From assembly GCF_000150275.1 (NCBI RefSeq), contig NW_002060943.1, positions 6,564,299 to 6,628,298 of the forward strand: DNA of 64,000 nucleotides, read 5' to 3'. This document shows positions 1 to 12,524 of this stretch, in pieces. Made by a program: the position numbers and the translations under genes. The DNA is from Trichoplax adhaerens (lineage: Eukaryota > Animalia > Placozoa). Each line of letters opens with the position of its first letter. Within the stretch, counting starts at the first letter, position 1. The notes beneath the pieces are model-generated. The model ran no database searches. It was given only the letters and a program-made list of their open reading frames with translations, and was not told the DNA's origin.

Positions 1-234
1 AATGGCACTAATTGAACCTTTAAAGATCCATTACAGTTGTAATAATGCGTAATGAAAATGAATAAAACCAATTTTTGAAGAATATCGCTAGTAAAGAGTA
101 GAAAACCCAAGAAAAATTTATTAATACAACATATCAAAGTGTGATTCTCAATGTAAACATCAACGCCAGATGCAAATAGTCTTAAAATGATTAACGAGCT
201 AGCAAAATACTACCTCTAGACACAAATAAAATCT

Positions 235-485
235 AATCTGCGAAATATGAAATGTACAGTATGCTTAATGGGATTACAGTGAACCAGCAACCGTCAGAAT
301 GAAGTTACTTTAAATTAATGCGATAGGTAAAGGTGTGACTATAAGAGCGAGATTCAAATACTGTAGTTTTAAAATGATATGCGATGTAACCAATTCTATA
401 CATAAAACTAATCCGTGAAATATGAAATGTATGTTAAAACGGGATTACTGTGAGCTAACAATGATTAGAATGAATTCACTTGAAG
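235..485. repeat. Diverged tandem duplication, ~175 bp unit x2
   Basis: GAAATATGAAATGTA...GGGATTAC(A/T)GTGA...AGAATGAA occurs at ~242 and ~417. Confidence 0.75.
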
Positions 486-1444
486 GCATGGAGGAAACAG
501 ACTAAAGCCATTCACGAAGAACATCACGTAGGAGAAGCAAAGAAGCTCTGGTAATACAACAGGTAAAGTTATAGCTATCCATGCGAAGATCAAAACCAGA
601 TTGAAATATTCTTGAAATGATAAGTGGCCTAATAAATGGAATATTCATCGCACTATACGTATGCCATACTAAAATCGATACGAGTATGCTAGGCACTAAA
701 TGTACGGAGATTAAAACGAGGTTATCGTTAGCTAGAAGTTGCTACTGTGAATAACTTGAAGTGATGGATGAGTTCATCCAAAGGTCTATCCGTAAATTAA
801 TGTGCAAGGAAATGAAAGATTACTTAAACATCTAAACACACTCTACTAACGTTATAGGCATCGTTTTCCCTAGGATATGGATGATAGTGTAGTTTGTTGG
901 TATAAATCTACTGTACAGTTGTCTGGAGTTTTTAAATGCCGTTTTAACCTGTGATACATCGAAGTCGAAAATTGCAGATAGCAAGAGCTAGAAATAAAAT
1001 TTAAAGGCAGCACAACTAAATACTGAACACATCGACTACTAAGATTGCCCATAGCTTGTAATTCCACGGCTTAGGCAATAGTTATATATGGTGGTCATGA
1101 TTTCAGCTAATTAAAGTGGCAATGTGTTAATAAAGTAAATGTTGGTTATGGCTACTATGATGAAACGGCTCATATCTACCATGTGTTCTATAAGTCTATA
1201 GTCGATAGCCTTTTAAGTGTTGTTATTAGGCAATGTACTAACGTGATTGATGACTCTTATGTAGAGTAGTATTTGATTGTGATTAAGTTATGTATATAGA
1301 ATTGATATCGTAGAGGCTATAAATCGATTATCCGGTGTATTTTAGCCACTTTCAACAGTTGAAGAACTTGAAATTCTTCTCCGGCAGTATTATAGGCTAG
1401 TAAACCATGCATTACATATCCCCACTCGACAAGGATTGACTACG

Positions 1445-2095
1445 AAATGATAGCATATTCAATCGATTTCAACACTGCTTACGACTACAGGTGTAAAAAA
1501 CATTTATAAATTTAGTAACCAGATGAAGGAATGAGTCATTTCTCTAGCTTTTCCGCTACGTATACAGTCCTATAGATTGATTATAGCTAATAGATGCTTT
1601 ATTCTTGAACACTTCACTGATCGAACTACTATACACGAGTAAACCATATAGTATTATTCCTACTTTATGTGGATTTTAAAAAAGATATAATAGTATTTTC
1701 CATCGATTTCAACAAAATATACTATTGAAGCTGTAGAACTCTTTCATAGATTTAATTTATGAATGAAGGCAGAAGTCATTTCTCAAGCTTATCCGTCGCG
1801 TTCTTCAGATTGATTGTAGCTATTCGATACTTTATTCTTGAACGCTTGATAGCTCGAACTGCTATACACGAGTAAATCGTGTACTATAGTTCCTACTTTC
1901 TAGCGATTAAAAAGACTTGATAGCATTTTTCTTCCATTTCAAAAAAGTGTGCTATAGCTGTAGAAGTTTTTATAAATTTAATTGACAAACGAAGGAAGGA
2001 TTGCTTTCAGTAGCTTTTCCGTCGCGCCGTCCTTCAAAATGATTAGCCATTCGATATTTTATTCTTGAACGCTTGATAGATGTAACTACTATATG
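1445..2095. repeat. Diverged tandem repeat, ~235 bp unit x3
   Basis: Blocks TAG(C/T)AT...ATTTCAA, GAAGG...AGCTT(T/A)TCCG, TTTATTCTTGAAC and AACT(A/G)CTATA recur in units starting ~1450, ~1690 and ~1920. Confidence 0.85.
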
Positions 2096-2386
2096 AAAAT
2101 TGCTATGAAACAATTAGGTATTTTATCCAGTATAGTACTTTAATTTTTGTAGTTCCAATTCAGTGTTATCATGAACGAAATACAACGATCGTTGAACCAT
2201 TCATTATACGGCCATATCGACGAATAGGAATCGTCTTGTTTTTAAAGATCTAATAATGTCGGAAAAGAACGTTATCCTATCTACATTGGTATTGACTACA
2301 AAAACAATTTACAGCATCGTCTATGATATCCAAGACAAGACTGTCTACTTTTAGTTTATTGACGGCGGACTAGTGTGGGGAATACT

Positions 2387-5300
2387 TTAAGGTCGGAATC
2401 CAGAAACTCCAGATGGCGGTGGATAAGCAGCAGATGATGGAGGGCAAGCACCGGAAGGTGACGGATAAGCACCGGATGGAGACGGGTAAGCATTGCGTGG
2501 TTGTGGTGGATAAGCAGGGGCTGAAGGTGGATAAGTCGCTGTTGAAGTTGGATTTGCAGTACCTGAAGGTGGATAAGCAGCAGTTGAAGGAGGGTAAGCA
2601 GCAGTTGAAGGAGGATAAACAGCACCTGAAGGTGGATAAACGGTAGAAGATGGTGGATAAGCGGCACCTGAAGGTGGATAACCAGTAGAAGGAGGCGGTT
2701 GGGCAGTAGGAGGATGCTTTTGGGCAGTAGAAGATGGTGGATAAGCGGTACCTGAAGGTGGATAACCAGTAGAAGGATGCTTTTGGGCAGTAGAAGATGG
2801 TGGATAACCAGTAGAAGGATGCGGTTGGGCAGTAGAAGATGGTGGATAAGCGGTACCCGAAGGTGGATAACCAGTAGAAGGATGCGGTTGAGCAGTAGAA
2901 GGATGCGGTTGGGCAGTAGAAGATGGTGGATAAGCGGTACCTGAAGGTGGATAACCAGTAGAAGGATGCGGTTGGGCAGTAGAAGATGGTGGATAAGCGG
3001 TACCCGAAGGTGGATAACCAGTAGAAGATGGTGGATAAGCAGTAGAAGGATGCGATTGGGCAGTAGAAGATGGTGGATAAGCGGTACCTGAAGGCGGATA
3101 AGCAGTAGAAGAAGGCGGTTGAGCAATAGAAGATGATGGATAAGTGCTAGCGGAAGGGTTACTAGATGGCGGATAAGAAGAGGCACCATAGGATGGAGGA
3201 TTAGCCATTGAATTACCTGGTGGTTGTTGTCCAGGGATTGCTTCTGATGGTGGTGGATATACTCCAGGCACAGAAGGTTGTGGATTAGGCATAGAACTGG
3301 GAGGTGGTTGTTGCTCCGGAATGGCCGCTGATGATGGCGGATATCTTGGCGCTACTCCAGGCGATGGTTGGCTTCCTACAGATCCTGCTGTTGGTGGATA
3401 TACAGAGGATGTAGGTGGTGCAAAGTTAGAATTCTGATTTAAAGGATTATGTTGAGGATGTGTAGTAGGTGCATGCATGCCAAAATTGCTCGGATTGCCT
3501 TGATAGGGTGGGTAAGCCCCTACTGGCGCTGGAACCACTGGATTGACTGATGACGGCGTACCTGGAATACCAGGAAAGTTCATTCCATGCTTTCCCATTA
3601 GTTCATTATGATACATTTTACCCCGTAATTCAGAGGCTTCAGCGCGATTATGAATCTTGGCAGATTTCATCTAGATACGGCATAGTAAGTAACAAATTTA
3701 GAAAGTCTTTATGACGCTATAAACGAAAAGAAATGATCGAGGAGCAAATTGTCTATTTGTTGTTCCTACAGCATGACTACATTAACAAATTCTACCAGCA
3801 TCAACTAATGTATCGAAATGTTCAGTACCGGTAGTTATATGGACGGCAAAACTATGAATATCAAGTCAATAAATAATATAGTTTAAGGTAATGATTACTT
3901 CAACATCACTGTTACGAGAATTAAACGTAAAAGTTAGAGGTTATTACTTTAAATCAATAGTATATTCCATTTACCTGCAAACGCTCTGCTTTTTGAAAGT
4001 TACCTCTACTTGCAGCAGCGGCAGCTTCGATGTTAAGTTTTTCTTCCTTTTGCATTTGCTTGGCTAGTTTCTGTTTAGCATTAGTAAGATTAGGATGTTT
4101 GAGATATTAGTGTTGAGTAATATTTGCACGAGTCTATCTGCCAGAAATGGGTAAGAAATTAGTTCTATAGAATCTTTGTCATGTTTGCGATGGTGGTTCT
4201 AGGCGTAAAAGAGATGACATACGAATATCTTTGGATGATCTTAAACGTTAGCGTAACTCAGAGGTATGATTATTAACGAAGGCTAGAATTAATTAATGGT
4301 CCTACTTTAAGTTGCATAAGTATCATTGGTGTTTATATACTAGCAATAACGAATTTTGCTGGCCGTCTAGTTAACATTTCGATTGGAAACATTAGTCTAT
4401 CAGGCGATCAGTTGTACGGTATTTGTAGCTACAGAAGCAGTCTGTCTAGTCGTTTTATTAATTTATCATTTAAATTTAGGACAGAACTGTTAATTGTAGT
4501 TCATTACGGTAGCAATTAGCATAGTAATATAAGATGACTGTAGAGACGAGTACAATATTAATAATAGTGGAAACCTTGGTTCGGGCAAACTACCATAGTT
4601 CAGATTTATCTAGTTGGGTACAGGTATTATAAACGAATTCGGCTTTATATCGACGTAAAATTGTGATAACTACCTTCATGAGTATAGTGTGCTGTTATGG
4701 ATAATGTGCTTTTCTAGTATGATGTTATAGTGCTAAGGTATCATAAACTGTAGCCATGACAGAGCATAGAATTAATTTACAGTACATGAGTTAGTTGTTT
4801 TAGCCTCTCGAATACACAACGGTAAAAGTCTTTTAAATAGCTTTTTTATAAGGACTATTGGGCTGATTATAGGACATAGCATTGCCCATTCTCAACATGG
4901 ATCTTACAACAGTTACAATATACTTTTCCTCTACAACATTTTCCCTATTCTAGATGCTATCTAAGTGGTTCTATTAGTATATTTTCCCTTTCAAGTCTAA
5001 TATAGTTAATCGTTCCACGTAGTGATTAATGTTAAGATAGTTGATCGAATTTGAAAATTAACACGATTGCACTAATCCTGCACTATATGCTTCTTTGATT
5101 AATTTTATGCTGTAGGAGTGATCTATTCTTGGCTCAAAATTGTACAGAGTTATTCGTAACGTAGTGAATAGTGATGAGTATCGTGATATAGGATCGAATT
5201 TTTAAGTTAATACGATTGTCCTATCCGTTATACAACGAGTACTTGCTTCATAGATTAGTTTCGTACTGTAGGAGTCCTACATCGGTGTTCTTTTCGCTCA

Positions 5301-6139
5301 AAATGAATATAGGTAATCATTTGACATAAGGATTTATATCATGATCTTAGGTCGAATCACTAAGTTAGTAAGATTGCATCATAGCTAATACTCTTTATGT
5401 TTTATCGATTCGTTTAAGTACTGTCCCATTTGCATATTGTCTATAAACCAACAGAATTAATGACTTCATGCCATCATTTATAATATCATTTTCGACGCAA
5501 TGGCACCATCTCTAATACTCTTTGTTTTATCGATTAGTTTCGGGGCTGTACTGTAGAGCTCTATTAGCATCCTTTTCACTCCAAGCCAACGGGGGTTAAC
5601 TGTTTCATAGATTAGCATGGTATTTTATCAATTGCTAAGTGAATGCGATTGCAACATTAGCAATATTCTGTACAGTGTACAAGCCTTAGCAGTGAGTTTT
5701 AATGTTGTAGCAGTAATGTACGAGTATTAATATTCTTTTCACTTGAAACTAATGGACCTTACCATTTCAAATCATCAATGGCCGTACTCCATGGCTTATT
5801 AAATTACGATTGCTTGTATAATTACTACCAGTTTATGATTAACGGTAAATTATGTTTTCCCTTACTGCAGACTAATCTAGGCGTCACAAGGGGAATTTCG
5901 AACGCGATAGAGCAGAAGGAGACTATTCGCAACAGAATATCGTGACAATCATGGTTAATCGACTCCATTTAATGGAAGCTACTGTCTACGCCAGCATATT
6001 GCCAAAGATGGAAAATCTCCTTTTCAAGCTGTGTTTTTAAGCTATTTTACAAATAGAACGTATGCAATATTATAAATGTAATACTTACAGCCATTTCTTT
6101 TCCTTCTTTTTTTATTAATTTTGCTATATTGTGATCCAT
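2387..6139 (-). CDS. Proline/tyrosine-rich (YPP heptad repeat) protein with charged helical N-terminus, 3 coding exons, ~476 aa, family unknown
   Basis: Exons 6139-6089 (MDHNIAKLIKKEGKEMA|GTAAGT), 4070-3975 (KLAKQMQKEEKLNIEAAAAASRGNFQKAERLQ|GTAAAT) and 3670-2387 (427-aa ORF preceded by AG). All junctions are phase 0 and in frame. Confidence 0.8.
2430..3180 (-). repeat. Coding minisatellite: 21-nt units (YPPSGTA/YPPSSTA/QPHPSTG) with a 63-nt higher-order period
   Basis: Repeated GGTGGATAAGC / GGTGGATAACCAGTAGAAG on the + strand; the translation shows a 7-aa period. Confidence 0.95.
4985..5830. repeat. Degenerate ~150-160 bp tandem repeat in intron 1 of the YPP gene
   Basis: TCGAAT...AA(G/A)TTA...GATTG block at ~5043, ~5192 and ~5351, weaker at ~5630 and ~5800; CTGTAGGAGT at ~5111 and ~5266. 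Confidence 0.7.
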
Positions 6140-7901
6140 TTTTATCTTTCTATAGGCTGTCGGTTAATTGCGTTGGGTTGAATAGAAGAATTCCCTTTCG
6201 GTAATTATTGGAGAATTAAACCAGCAGCTTCCACGTTTATGTATGCATGTCTAAATTTTGACGCTCGTTGGCAGCTTAATTAATAATTAATTTATTCAAC
6301 AACGATGATATCAGTGATTGCCATTAGCATTAAACTAGTCTGCCCCTCCATAGCCTTGGTAGTTCTATAGCTTGTGCTAGCTAATGTATCGGTACCAGAT
6401 TAGCTATTCAGTTTTGGGGCCCATCGCTACTCGTTCTTTACCAGCCTGTTGGCCGCAATGATGCCAAACAATAGAATCATTTCTACCTCATTTATATCGT
6501 TCATTCAGTGCTAGAACGGCTGTTATCCACTATAAATGCTACAGCATTCAATCCCATGTATTAAGATTTTTATTATGGTTGATAGGCTATTACAACGGGC
6601 AGATGCCAGTTACAAATCGGATAGATAGGTTTTGCATTTCGGCTAGTAGTTGATCTCGCTAAATTTATGATTAAATGATTGTATTATATCGAGCTAGCAG
6701 GCAGAAATACTTACTAGAAATTTGACTGTTTGTATAAAAATTGATAGAACTGATTCCAAATTTTAAATGATAAGGTATAGAGTATCCTACACTATTATAA
6801 AGAGTGTACTCTACACGTAATAATAAGTCAAGGCTTGCTCCTATGAAAGGTTATAGATAAGTTATGCTAGCATCTTGATAATATCTCTTATTGATGTTAG
6901 TATAATGTAGATTAAAGTTTTCCTTTATTAGTAAAGTATGATCAAAGTGGTAGCCATAGTGTACGTTCGTAATTTCTAATAAAGAAACAAAGTACCAGAC
7001 GTTACAGGATCGATATTTAAGGCAAATACCTTTAGGTGCTCCTATGTTCTAATTTAACGCGTAATTAACTAAATTCTGAAGAATTCTTAAAATTAGATTA
7101 CAGTGATTAGAGCTTTTAGTCAGACATACGTAATAAGCTACGGGTATGCTACCGTCTATTCGATGGATAAGGCCGACCCATTTATTACAAGTATCAGATT
7201 AGAGTTCTAGATGGCGTTTTATTCCATCACGATTTTCATCATTTGGATGATAATGATGCTTGTTATTATTGACGATAGTGCATAATTCAGTCTATTCAAG
7301 AAAGAATTCCAGGAGTTAGTAGGTCCCAGTGATATGGTAATGTTCAAATGGCCCTAAATTTTAGATTAAGTTATATCTGCAATTATAAGGATGGCTTACT
7401 ATCTTTTATTGTATGGAATAGTCTATCTATTAGTACGATATAGAAGTGTTTTTCCAATCATTTATTTAGATAATAATGAAACAATCGAACGTACTATATT
7501 TTCTATAGTTGTTCGAACATAATCGAGAATGATTTCAATAATTTGTTAAAATGGCTATTTAGCTAAAACATGTCTTAGCAAAGTATTGTAATATTGAAGA
7601 CATTATTTAATGTTAGTAATATATTTTCAAACGCACAATCTATCAATAAAAGGAATAAGTTAATAACGCCTTGGTGTATTCAGTTTTACAGACTGAAATA
7701 ACAATTATTTATATGCTTGATTATATATAATATATTGAAAAATATGCGTATATACAAATGGTCAGACTTATGAAAGAGTATCTAATAATATAAGTGTAAT
7801 TATGACATCAAAAGTTTGAACCACTGAAACCATGTACTTGATGATATTTCACATTCATTGGTGGCCAACAACTTCATTCCGCTGCTTTGTACCTAGTGGA
7901 A

Positions 7902-9887
7902 TTAGGGTGCATAGGGTGGCGGATAAATTGGAGGTTTAGATTCACTAGAGCCAATTTGCGAAGGAATAGATGATGATGGAGGATAGATAGCTATGCCATC
8001 GTAAGATGGTTGGACATTTGGAATACTAGGAGATGGATAATTGGTAGGAGTAGGATAAACTGCCGCAGCATGATTACCAGATGGTTGCGAAACTGAAATG
8101 CCTAACGGTGGATAAATAGAAGGAACAAAATAAGGCAATAAACCAGGAAAGCTAGAAGAATCTAATTAGTAACTGCACTAGTGCTATATATCAGATTATT
8201 TGCTGGTGGATATGCTGCAGCGGAAGCATACCTGGTGCTGTAGGTACCGATTGGTTGGGATAGCTTTGATGCTGAGGATAAGCTCCAGTCGCAAGAGGAT
8301 TGGCAGGTGTTGGCCCAGAGTGCATACCTGGTCTGTTCCTGATATTGATTTCTTCGCGAGCATTATGATACATTTGGCCTTTAACTTTAGAAATCTCAGC
8401 ACGATTATGAGCCTTTTCCGATTTTTGCTATTGAATGTGATGTTTAAAATTTGAATAGTTAATTGGATGAAATTGATTAATTGATAAGTTGCACTATTTC
8501 TTAGAACACAATAGTTATATGCACGTATACCTAACATTGATGAATAGTATCTAATTACTTATTTCTATAAATAGTCAATCAGGATTTTACAACTATAAAG
8601 TGGCAAATTAATATATTTACCTCTAGGCGTTGGGCAACGTGGTAATGACCTCTTAGTGCGGCCCTTTCAGCTCTGTTTTGGTATCTTATTTCTCTTTCTG
8701 TCTGTCTTATTTGCCTCTACAGAAGATAATTTAAAAATAATTATTTAGTCTACCTTTCATAAAATTTTTCTTTATTAATAATAAAACCATCGATAAATCC
8801 TACTATATGATATTTTGTAAGATAGAAGTGAAAATTATTTTATTCTTTAAAACGCTACAATTAATACTTTTCGCCACAGTGGAGCTGCTAAATAAACTTC
8901 TTCAATATCCATTGACTACTATATTACTGTACTTTATAGTAAATCAATTATAGTTTGTGTAGATATATATGTATCTTAAATTATGGTAAATGATCCAATA
9001 TGTAAGTTGCAAGCATGCGATTGTTTTTAAATATTGCTAATTAGAATAGAGGAAAGTAGTAGTTGATATACAAGTGAATTCATTGGGGTAGATATTAATT
9101 AATATCCAAGTTGATTATATTACCGGCTATATACTAGAATATCATACAGCGTATTTGATATCAATTTGAATCAGTATAAACCCTAAAAGAAATATATTCC
9201 CGATTTGCTCTATTGTATACCACACGCTCTTATAAACTAATTCTAGCACGATTATGACCCAATTTTTTACTTGTGCCGGTTCACCAAAATGATATTAAAA
9301 ATTACACTTATATATGTTTATACGTATAACTATGATGATCTACTGGATCAAGTTCCTAACACTAAATTTAATTTACAGTAGTTTTATGTGATTAAATTAG
9401 CAACACACAATCTGAGGTACTAACTACATATACTATATAAAGTACATAGGAACGATTTCTTGATAGAAAGAATGCTATACAAGCACCATTATTGAGGCTA
9501 TTTGCTAATCATGGTCCTTAAAGTCTACGAAATAATAACGGCTAAAGTTTATTAGTCTTCGGGAAGATGTATGTCGGTACTGCATAATTTTGACGAAGCA
9601 TATAATACATGCTTGATAAGAAATAGAATGTGATTAGTTGGTCGGAGTTACAACATAAGTAAGTACTTTCTTATAAATCCATAATAGGGATGTAGAATAC
9701 TTTGATTCAAACAGTCTTGAATAGGTATTCGTATATAATATCATGTCATACACTTTTATTCGATAGGGAATAAAGTAGATGCATCATCTCTGCTGCTGGG
9801 CTCTTTAATTAATATGAAACGTACAGTTATCGCTCTTTCTTCTCCTCGCAGTAACCTTCTTTCTGTAATTCTAGTTCTTCTATCCAT
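7902..9887 (-). CDS. Paralogue of the YPP-rich gene with a frame-disrupted or alternatively spliced C-terminal tail
   Basis: Exons 9887-9825 (MDRRTRITERRLLRGEERAIT), ~8716-8621 (RQIRQTEREIRYQNRAERAALRGHYHVAQRLE) and 8427 onward (QKSEKAHNRAEISKVKGQMYHN, matching MKSAKIHNRAEASELRGKMYHN). Same exon phases and same 32-codon exon 2. The unspliced frame stops at 8191; YPP-rich sequence continues in two other frames to 7902. Confidence 0.7.
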
Positions 9888-10744
9888 GGTTTACTTCTTC
9901 AGGCGATTTACTAAATATACTGATAAAAAGCTAATTAATACACGTGTATTGAAAAATTAAGAGTTTAACTACGGCTTTTCAAAGTAGCCTTACAGTTATG
10001 CTACTTCTACAAACTGTAAAATGCAATACTAAATGATCGTGAGTAGACTAATAAATACAATCCGCTCTAATAGCACTATACAATTAAATATCACATGCTA
10101 CTCAGGCGTATAAAGAAGCAGTACTTGAAATAGGCATTACATACATGTATTCTATAATAATGAGAGACTGCAACCGTACTGGCAGTCCATACAGTAATGC
10201 ATCTACGGTAATATGCTTACTTCAAGCTTTTCTAAAAATAATATGCTAATTATTCTATACTGGATGACGTAATGGAATCGTTGTAGGCTCATGATGTAAT
10301 TGGTAGATAGGAGTAATGGAAGTATTAAAAAATTTATAATTTCGTAGTATAACAACGGGCATACATTATAAGAGATTCAACAGCGAACGCATTCACGGGA
10401 AGCTACTTAAGACTAGCTCAAAATTAGAATATGATTGTTATATATGGAGCAATTACATATACAGCATACTGTAAAGTAGTATTATACAGTATATAGAATG
10501 ATTAAAAGTCGTACTGTAGAATTACAGTTCAAAATGATTAACGTTCTAATTATGTAATTATCATTTTAAGCTAATCTTACATCTTATATGGATAATCATT
10601 TAGCTAAACCATAAGTGAAGTAATCTAGCAAATGTATGAATACCTTCATAAATTTATTAATAAACGATTCTCAATTGAACCTACACCGCTTACCACGAAC
10701 ATAATAATGATTGCATGTATCAATAATTGTTTAGCTTTGTATAC

Positions 10745-11015
10745 TAGCTTATTTTTGGATGTGATTGCGTGTATTTCTTATTGTTAGAATTTTCTACTAT
10801 CTAAAGCAACTGTTATAATACTAACCAAACTGATGATATCAAAATAGTATACCAGTTAGGATATGATTGCATATATCCGTTATCATTGACCTTATCGGCT
10901 AGCTGATTTTTAAGATACGATTGCATATATATTTAATAGATTTTTTTGTCTACTAGCTAAAGTAGCTGCTCTAATGCTAGCGAATCTGATGCGGTCAAAA
11001 CAATATAGTATAACA
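10745..11015. repeat. Diverged tandem duplication, ~155 bp x2
   Basis: TAGCT.ATTTTT..GAT..GATTGC...CTACTA.CTAAAG.A.CTG...CTGATG...TCAAAA at ~10745 and ~10900. Confidence 0.7.
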
Positions 11016-12524
11016 CTGTAATATACAAGCGCTACCCTGCATATTGCATAGTTGTTAATTTACGTAGTTGCATAACTTACATTTTTTACGCTATAACTGT
11101 AAAGTTAGTCAGTAAAAGAACAATAATCTACATTTCTGCTTTGATATGATAATTATAGCTGTAAAATTCTTGCTTTATTTAGCGGACTTTACAATAAACT
11201 GGAGCTGTAATATCTGCAGAACTAACATATAATGCTACTACTATTGCAATTAAGTTCGGTTTACAAATGACAATTATAGCAGTAAAGTTCTTATCACATA
11301 TGATGGACTCTGCCATGAAGTAGAGACTTTGCTGCTGTAGCGCTCATCGTATTGTGCAATCGCCACAGCAGTACTAGATAAGCATCCAATTCCATAAAGG
11401 TAGCTGTTACTAATCATATATAAGGAGACTATCACCATTAATCGTGCAACGTCTGAGCTAAATTTTATATTAAGAATCGATATTATCAACTTATTAAACT
11501 ATTTTATCTAAACAGTTAAAATTAATTTGGTATGCTATCCAACAAATTATTTGGAGATGGATGCATCTATACTGAGAGTTCTGATGTTAAATCATTTAAA
11601 GGAATTATACTAAATGGTTCTGCAGTTGAAGAAAGCTAGCTTCACGAAGTCTTAAAATACTTTCTATTGAATTAATGCCCGTAGCGCTTGTGTGCATATA
11701 AAAATGCTTCAATAGTTGTTAATTATTGACGACAGGATTTGTTTAAATGGACGAGAAATGACGAGCCAACTATCCATTTAACTGAATGAATGCTCTATAT
11801 CAACATGGTATACTCGCGTTGTTATAGATTAGTCTTATTGGTCAATATTTGCAAAAATTTATTTAGCTTGTAGGTAATATACTACAGTACATCCTCATTA
11901 TTTATATGGAAGTTCAATACGTAATGAAACAAAACGTACATGAGTACAGATGAAACCTATAAAAATGCTCAGGGATTAATAAAAACTTGTTTACTATGCG
12001 ATTAACATAACAATTTAAGTATGGCAATATACGTATTTACTATCCTGGCGATTACAATACTGTATAGTAAGGCAGTTCCCTCTACTTATGCTTATGCGTA
12101 TTATTAAATATATGCATGAAAGCGATAGCAAATCATTGCAACTTATTACTACAACAAATTCCGTTTCATACGTTTTTATTGGTATGTTCCCATACCATGA
12201 CTACATCGATCTATGCTATATACCAAATAAATTTGTGCTTCCATAAAATATCTATTACATTGAAGAGCAACATTAGACCTGGCAAAATCTCATATGACAA
12301 AGTCATCTCTCAAACCGTGTATTTACTAAGAATTCCTAATACAACAGGAATAGATTGTAAATTCGGATAAAACTAAAATACCAAAGGTCTAATCGATCTC
12401 TTTAGTTTACAAGTCCATACGCTCATGTCATATATCAGAAATGAAATTACACCAACAATTACAGAATGTGCCAGAAAGACAACATGTGCTTCATTTCTCC
12501 TTATTTTCTAATCAAGGTGTTCTT

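Noticed and set aside
2356-3189. 277-aa Leu/His/Ile-rich ORF, plus the antisense ORF at 2413-2646
   Set aside because: Alternative-frame shadows of the stop-free 21-nt coding repeat.
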